A DNA stretch of 64,000 bases from positions 1 through 64,000 of the forward strand of contig VMGC01000003.1 of the NCBI GenBank assembly GCA_007376385.1. Direction: 5' to 3'. Below, one piece after another: positions 58,829 through 64,000 of this stretch. Under the pieces are notes generated by a model. It had not been told where the DNA came from. It was given only the letters and a program-made list of their open reading frames with translations, and did not search any database. This DNA comes from Parcubacteria group bacterium Gr01-1014_8. Lineage in GTDB: Bacteria; Patescibacteriota; Minisyncoccia; Phycocordibacterales; UBA2100. Within the stretch, counting starts at the first letter, position 1; each line of letters begins with the position of its first letter. The translations under genes were made by a program, and so were the position numbers.

Positions 58829-59980
58829 TCAGCGGTGCTGCAACTCACGAAGCGCTAACCCCACCGCAACTGCAAACCCTGGACCGATCTCGCGAAGAAC
58901 CTTGTCGAGAAACGCAGGCGTCTCAGTTCTCGCGAACGGATTCGCTATCTCGACTTCTGTTTGCAATAGTTCGTTCGCGTGAGCGGCAAGGCCGGGAAGA
59001 GAAGCTCCGCCACCAGTAAGTATCGCGCGCGATACATTTTTGTTGTATCGCTTCCCGTAGCTCAATAGTACCCGATTCGCTTCCGAAAACACTCGTTCAA
59101 GTGTTGATAACAGAGCAACCTTTATTTTGTCGTTCTCATCAGCTGAAAATGCCGAGGCTTCCACAAGGCCATGTTCCCTTTTTATCCTCTCCGCCTTTTC
59201 GAAATCCCAGTTCAAGGAACGCGCAAGGTTCTCCGTCATATGCTGCCCCCCGTGTGTTACGAGATGTGTTACCCGCACGATGCCTTTCTCCACCACATAC
59301 ATCTTCGTTGTCGCAGCGCCTAGGTCTATGACAAGAACCGGAGCCATTCCATGGCCAAGAGATGAGCGTATCGCACTGAAGATCTCTATTTCATAGAATT
59401 TTATGGAGAGCCCCGTTTCAGATGCTATGGTCTGATATGCACGTACGGTCTCATTGTGTATCGCAACCAAGAGCACCTCCTGGCCCTTTGATTGCATCGG
59501 TGTTTTTTCGGTTATGCGATCAAATGCGGCTTCCTCAGCCTCATCTTGCGGTATAACGAACCAATCGAGCATAACTTCTGAAGCCGGCAACGGAATATAT
59601 TTGCGAGCCTCGATAGGGATCATTCGTTTTAACTGGTCCGAATCAACTTTTGGCATATCAAGCACCGAGACAAGGCTTGACGAGAATGGAATTGAAAGGC
59701 CCCCAGCGCGTGCTGTCACGTTGGCTTCGCGAATAAGATCGAGAATGGCTTCGGCGGTCTTTTCTGGCGTTAATTTGACGGCCTTCCCAATAGAAACGTC
59801 CCCATACGGTCCGAGGGCTATCTCGCCATATGTCTCAAGGATCGCAGCGCCATGGGCAGGCCGAAGTTGTACTATTTTTGCCGATGAGGCGCCAATATCA
59901 ATACCAAGTACACTTCCTGTTCCCGACTTGAATCCGAGTGAGGCACCTAGTTGCGAGAAGGATGGAAGTGAAAAAGCCAT
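58829..59980 (-). CDS. pilM: type IV pilus assembly protein PilM (actin-like ATPase fold)
   Basis: LGIDIGASSAKIVQL phosphate-1 motif, 383 aa. Confidence 0.8.
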   Translation of the reverse strand: MAFSLPSFSQLGASLGFKSGTGSVLGIDIGASSAKIVQLRPAHGAAILETYGEIALGPYGDVSIGKAVKLTPEKTAEAILDLIREANVTARAGGLSIPFSSSLVSVLDMPKVDSDQLKRMIPIEARKYIPLPASEVMLDWFVIPQDEAEEAAFDRITEKTPMQSKGQEVLLVAIHNETVRAYQTIASETGLSIKFYEIEIFSAIRSSLGHGMAPVLVIDLGAATTKMYVVEKGIVRVTHLVTHGGQHMTENLARSLNWDFEKAERIKREHGLVEASAFSADENDKIKVALLSTLERVFSEANRVLLSYGKRYNKNVSRAILTGGGASLPGLAAHANELLQTEVEIANPFARTETPAFLDKVLREIGPGFAVAVGLALRELQHR

Positions 59981-60086
59981 ATACTTGCTAAAGAGTCCAG
60001 ACGTTAACAGTTATACAAAGAAGCATACGGCAACGGAAAAAAGCCGAATGGCACGTGAGCGAATTGTACCATGGCTAAAGCTGGCC

Positions 60087-60416
60087 CTATTCAATACCAT
60101 CTATCTTAGCAGCAAGAATGAAGTCGTTTTCTGATAGTCCATGCATCGAATGTGTCGAGAGTTCCACCCCAACCCCACCCCACTTCAAGACAATGTCCGG
60201 ATGATGACCTTCGGCTTCTGCAATTTCGCCAATTTTGTTCACAAACGCGAGTGCTTCCTTAAAATCCTTCAGCTTAAAGGAGCGGGACATCTTTTTTGCG
60301 TCATCCGACAGCCGCCACTCTGGAGTTTGTTTCCTCAGTGTCTCTGCCTCATCTCGCGTCAGCGGTACAGCGCCCACCTCGCATGGTATGCATTTTTTCT
60401 GCAGCAACGTCATGAC
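60087..60416 (-). CDS. pterin-4a-carbinolamine dehydratase (PCD/DCoH)
   Basis: EGHHPDIVL motif [EH]-x-H-H-P. Start taken at the internal Met, since the longer ORF would overlap comFC. Confidence 0.7.
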   Translation of the reverse strand, partial: VMTLLQKKCIPCEVGAVPLTRDEAETLRKQTPEWRLSDDAKKMSRSFKLKDFKEALAFVNKIGEIAEAEGHHPDIVLKWGGVGVELSTHSMHGLSENDFILAAKIDGIE

Positions 60417-60427
60417 ACAATAGTAGC

Positions 60428-61072
60428 ATGATGCGTTTTTTTCGAGCCATATTTGATGCGATTCTCCCGCAAAAAGCACGGGTCGCACGAACACAGACCT
60501 ACACATTGAAAGATTTGGAGCTTTCGCCTACGACTCACGAAGCATACGGAGTACAGATAACAACGCTGATGTCATATCGAACGAAAGCAGTTGAAGATCT
60601 CATCCGCGCTTTGAAATATGACGGGGCAAAACACGCATCACATGCCCTCGCAGAAGCACTTGGAGAATATCTGCAAGAAGAGATCGCCCACATCAAGCTG
60701 TTTTCCTCAAAATCAGTGCTTCTCGTTCCTATATCCCTTCACAGTGAACGTCTTCGAGAACGCGGATTTAATCAGATAGAAGTTGTGCTCAATGCATTGC
60801 CAGAAGAATTCAAGAACGGGAAGCTCACAACTCTCTCGCCTCGTACGCTCACGCGCATTCGCAACACCCCACAACAAACAAGGCTTTCAAGAAATGAACG
60901 TCTGAAGAACGTAGAAGGTGCGTTCGCCGTTTCGGACGAAAAGACGCTTCAAGATACGCATGTCATTCTCATTGATGATGTAACAACTACCGGAGCAACG
61001 CTTTCGAGTGCGGCACAAACACTCAAGAAAACAGGAGTATCATTTTCAATGATTGCTCTCGCACGAGCATAA
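60428..61072 (+). CDS. comFC: ComF family phosphoribosyltransferase-domain protein
   Basis: C-terminal PRTase motif VILIDDVTTTGATL. Confidence 0.75.
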   Translation: MMRFFRAIFDAILPQKARVARTQTYTLKDLELSPTTHEAYGVQITTLMSYRTKAVEDLIRALKYDGAKHASHALAEALGEYLQEEIAHIKLFSSKSVLLVPISLHSERLRERGFNQIEVVLNALPEEFKNGKLTTLSPRTLTRIRNTPQQTRLSRNERLKNVEGAFAVSDEKTLQDTHVILIDDVTTTGATLSSAAQTLKKTGVSFSMIALARA

Positions 61073-61183
61073 ACTGCGGGCTTGGCGGGATTCAGACTTT
61101 GTAAGCGAGGCATCACAAGGGTATCTTAGCGAGTTTCTTGAGAGGTTATTGAGGTGTCTGGATCGCCCCAACTGTACGGCGTG

Positions 61184-61774
61184 TTATTCGAGTGACACAC
61201 CTATATCGCCATCAAACTGGCCCTGCTTTACGTTGATACTGTTTGCCTTGATGAAATTTCTGTAGACAAGTTTGCCAGCAATATCTAACTTATGGAATAT
61301 CTCCATATAATTCCAGAATATGCCTTTGCTATATTTCGAATACTGTTTTTGATGAAGAGTCTCATTTGCTGCTTTATCTTTTTTAATGTCGCCCCATAAA
61401 GTCGTAATCGCATTTTGAACATCGCTTGCAAAAGATGGCACGTAGATAAGAAGTCCCTGATTAAAGAAACCTAAATGTTCGCTCTGTGCAGACGGGTCCG
61501 CAGTAGGAACAACTGCGCCCTTTGCGACATAGCTATGCGATACTCCGTTTCGAAACAACTCATAAATCAATTCTGCAATTGGATGATATTGAGGCGGCAT
61601 GTACACACTCTTGCAAAAGGCAACAAAGTTATTCTTGGTAGTACCGGGCCCGGTTTTTCCTGTTATGAAACTCCCACACATTTCCATGGCGGTAAATACC
61701 GCACTTGCCCACAGGAGGGTGCCTTTTTCATTTGGGCCGATAGAGTTTACTAAGTCCTCGAAAAAGATTGCCAT
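61184..61774 (-). CDS. hypothetical protein with an RNxxxH motif (possible HEPN-like)
   Basis: 196 aa with ELFRNGVSHSY (Rx4H), no other recognisable domain. Lies between comFC and tRNA-Ser. Confidence 0.4.
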   Translation of the reverse strand: MAIFFEDLVNSIGPNEKGTLLWASAVFTAMEMCGSFITGKTGPGTTKNNFVAFCKSVYMPPQYHPIAELIYELFRNGVSHSYVAKGAVVPTADPSAQSEHLGFFNQGLLIYVPSFASDVQNAITTLWGDIKKDKAANETLHQKQYSKYSKGIFWNYMEIFHKLDIAGKLVYRNFIKANSINVKQGQFDGDIGVSLE

Positions 61775-61992
61775 ATTGAAAATTGTAGCTCCGACTGTGC
61801 TCTTCGGGTACTCGGGTCAGTCCGATAAAAAAGTCTTCGGGCGGTGAGATATTAGTCTTTGCTCGAACCCACTTCGCACGCGCGGAGCGCGTGGTGGCTT
61901 GAAACTGAAGCGTACGCCCCGATTCCGCTGACTCTCGCCTCTGCCGCGCCGCTTTGCGGCGCGGCTCTGTCCGAACTCGAAGTTTCTATCTG

Positions 61993-62081
61993 CGGAGAGG
62001 GAGGGATTCGAACCCTCGAGACAGTTTTACCCGCCTAACACGTTAGCACCGTGCCGCCTTCGACCACTCGGCCACCTCTCC
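61993..62081 (-). tRNA. tRNA-Ser(GCU)
   Basis: Acceptor GGAGAGG/CCTCTCC, 3 bp D-stem, anticodon loop GTGCTAA, long variable arm, T-arm GAGGG-TTCGAAT-CCCTC. Confidence 0.85.
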
Positions 62082-62270
62082 CTCGATTCGCTTACGCGAA
62101 TCATATCGGAAGGAGGCCTCGCCCTTCGGGCTCCCTAAAGCCTGCTCGGCACTTGCCTCGCATTGGCTTTTTCCGCATTCGCGGAATCGGATGAAATAGA
62201 CGCCAGGTCATATTTCATGGCCACCTCTCCAACCGCACTACCCTATCATAGAACAATAGGGTTTTCTAAA

Positions 62271-62624
62271 TCACAAAACTTTGTGTATCAACCAAGAGAG
62301 AAGCGACAGAACGATGGCACCCAATACCGCACTCCAGAAACCTGCGATAGAAAATCCTGGCACTATCCACGTCATTGCATAAAAAAGAAATGCGTTCAAA
62401 ACAAAAGCAAACAGTCCGAATGTGATGAGAGTGATCGGGAATGTAAGGATCTGCAGAACGGGACGAATAACGGTTACAATGACTGACCATACGAGTGCGA
62501 CTAAAAGAACTGTCGTCCATCCGCCTGCAATTGTTATGCCTGGGACAATGTTGACGGTTAATAGCACCGCCGCGACGTTCCCTGCATATTTCAAGAGAAA
62601 GTGCATGCGTTCATGATACGACAT
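62271..62624 (-). CDS. YvlD/phage-holin-family-4-like four-helix membrane protein
   Basis: 117 aa with 4 TM helices, pattern similar to the Phage_holin_4_2/DUF360 family. Confidence 0.55.
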   Translation of the reverse strand: MSYHERMHFLLKYAGNVAAVLLTVNIVPGITIAGGWTTVLLVALVWSVIVTVIRPVLQILTFPITLITFGLFAFVLNAFLFYAMTWIVPGFSIAGFWSAVLGAIVLSLLSWLIHKVL

Positions 62625-62985
62625 AAAGCACTCCCAGGCAAAACACCCGCCAGCTTTCGGCTGATGGGTGTCTTTTAGTTCCGAATTTCAGCGCTACTCC
62701 TGTTCTTCCTCTGCCATGCCTTCCAACAGGTCTTCATCCAGCTCTTCACTTTCCTCGGCTGGTTCATTCCCCTCATCATCGTTAGACATCATCATAGATA
62801 TGCAACGCTATCCTGATAACGAGCATTCGCTCGATATCGTGTCTTCGCGGGGATGACAATGAAAGCAAGCTTTCGCTTCGCATCCTCGCTAGCCACGATA
62901 ACACCGCTATCGTACCGATACCTACCCCGCGTGCAAGCGATAGGGGTGTGAATAACTTTTGGGGAGCATATAATTCCTCTACCTC

Positions 62986-64000
62986 ATGAACGCCTCCGAT
63001 ACCATCACCGCGCATTTTCGCCTCACTAAGCCACAAATTGCGGCTCTCCGACGACTTGGACTAATAACTATTGCTGATATCTTGCGCCATTTTCCTGCAC
63101 GCTATGAGAGAGCCGGCGAATCATCAGACATCTCCCATTTGGTAGCGGGACAAAAAGTAACCCTCTATGGAGAGTTATCGAAACTTGAAGCAAAGCGATT
63201 ATGGAAAAGTCGCCGCACAGCAACAGAAGGTATCTTCGAAGACGCGACCGGAAAAGTGAAAGTGCTCTGGTTCAATCAACCTTACATCGCAAAAATGGCG
63301 CCGCAAATGCAGCTTGTTAAATTAACAGGTTCCGTTGCCGGCAAAAACAAACCATATATCACTAATCCTGAAATTGAGACGTTGCCACCAGGCTTCATAC
63401 CTCCGGTGCAAAGTGAAAAATTGTTCAACGTGGCACGATCTGAACCAACACCAACCTCCATTTTCCCCGTCTATCCGGAAACGCGCGGTATTACGTCTCG
63501 TTGGTTCTTTCACGCCTTGGAACGCATTTTTGGATCGAACACACATATCACGCTCGAAGATCCTCTCCCAAGTAATGTACGAGAAAGATACCACCTACCC
63601 GATCTTTCTACATCGCTTATGTGGGCGCATAAGCCGGAAAAGGAATCGCATGCAGAAGTCGCGCGAAAACGTTTTGCGTTCGAAGAAATTTTTGTGCTCA
63701 ACGTCATGCGTGCGAAAGAACGCGCAGAAAATGACGCACTGCCTTCATTTCAAATAGATAATGCAAAAGAACATGCAGTGCATTTTCTCGAAAGCGTGTC
63801 GTTCAAAGCGACGCGCGCGCAGCATGTAGCGATAGAAGACATCCTCGCTGATCTTAAGAAAAATCACCCGATGGCACGGCTCCTCGAAGGTGATGTTGGA
63901 AGCGGCAAAACCCTTGTCGCCGCAGCGACTGCATATGCGATCGTAAATTCAAGACCTCGAGGACAGACCTTCGGCACGCTCCAGGTCGGTTATATGGCGC
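62986..64000 (+). CDS. recG: ATP-dependent DNA helicase RecG (5' part, continues beyond the window)
   Basis: N-terminal wedge/OB domain then helicase motif I GDVGSGKT. No stop codon before the window end. Confidence 0.8.
   Translation, partial: MNASDTITAHFRLTKPQIAALRRLGLITIADILRHFPARYERAGESSDISHLVAGQKVTLYGELSKLEAKRLWKSRRTATEGIFEDATGKVKVLWFNQPYIAKMAPQMQLVKLTGSVAGKNKPYITNPEIETLPPGFIPPVQSEKLFNVARSEPTPTSIFPVYPETRGITSRWFFHALERIFGSNTHITLEDPLPSNVRERYHLPDLSTSLMWAHKPEKESHAEVARKRFAFEEIFVLNVMRAKERAENDALPSFQIDNAKEHAVHFLESVSFKATRAQHVAIEDILADLKKNHPMARLLEGDVGSGKTLVAAATAYAIVNSRPRGQTFGTLQVGYMA

Noticed and set aside
61860-61960. tRNA-like sequence (ggcgagagtcagcgg...gggttcgagca) upstream of tRNA-Ser
   Set aside because: No consistent cloverleaf could be folded, since the T-stem and acceptor stem do not pair. 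It contains a GC-rich palindrome (GCCGCGCCGC...GCGGCGCGGC) more consistent with a terminator or spacer.

Overview
This 64 kb window looks like a compact, small-genome bacterial chromosome, possibly Patescibacteria/CPR-like. It is gene dense and mostly coded on the minus strand. The standard genetic code is used: RF2 is present and TGA/TAA/TAG stops are all in use.

Contents from left to right:
- secG, a family-5 solute-binding protein, RNase J, two HhH-GPD glycosylases and pspC
- a murF-ddl pair in which MurF carries an N-terminal transmembrane domain
- yvcK-like and maf genes, then a SAM-I-like riboswitch upstream of metK
- glmS, purF, a DHOD-like gene, an IMPDH-like gene and pyrG
- a Ca/H antiporter, a fused polysaccharide deacetylase/GT2 synthase, and secreted DPBB-like and CAP-domain proteins
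- an MFS transporter, ftsEX, prfB with no frameshift site, gdhA, gatCA and ligA
- a 12 kb type IV pilus locus: six pilin-like genes, pilD, pilC, pilT, a REC-domain gene, pilB and pilMNO
- a pterin dehydratase (PCD), comFC, a holin-like membrane protein and the 5' part of recG

Seven tRNA genes were found by eye. One, tRNA-Thr(GGU), is split by a roughly 209 nt group I intron in the anticodon loop. Another is a non-canonical initiator-like tRNA-Met.

The most unusual content is non-coding:
- a family of about 100 nt hairpin-containing intergenic repeats with at least four copies and one partial copy
- short partial duplicates of tRNA ends next to four tRNA genes
- a 150 nt structured element with tRNA-fMet-like termini
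- a 103 bp nested inverted-repeat element inside the pilus operon

Two hypothetical proteins carry RNxxxH (HEPN-like) motifs, one membrane-anchored and one next to tRNA-Ser. These are the best protein-level candidates for an undescribed accessory or defence function, but the call is speculative.
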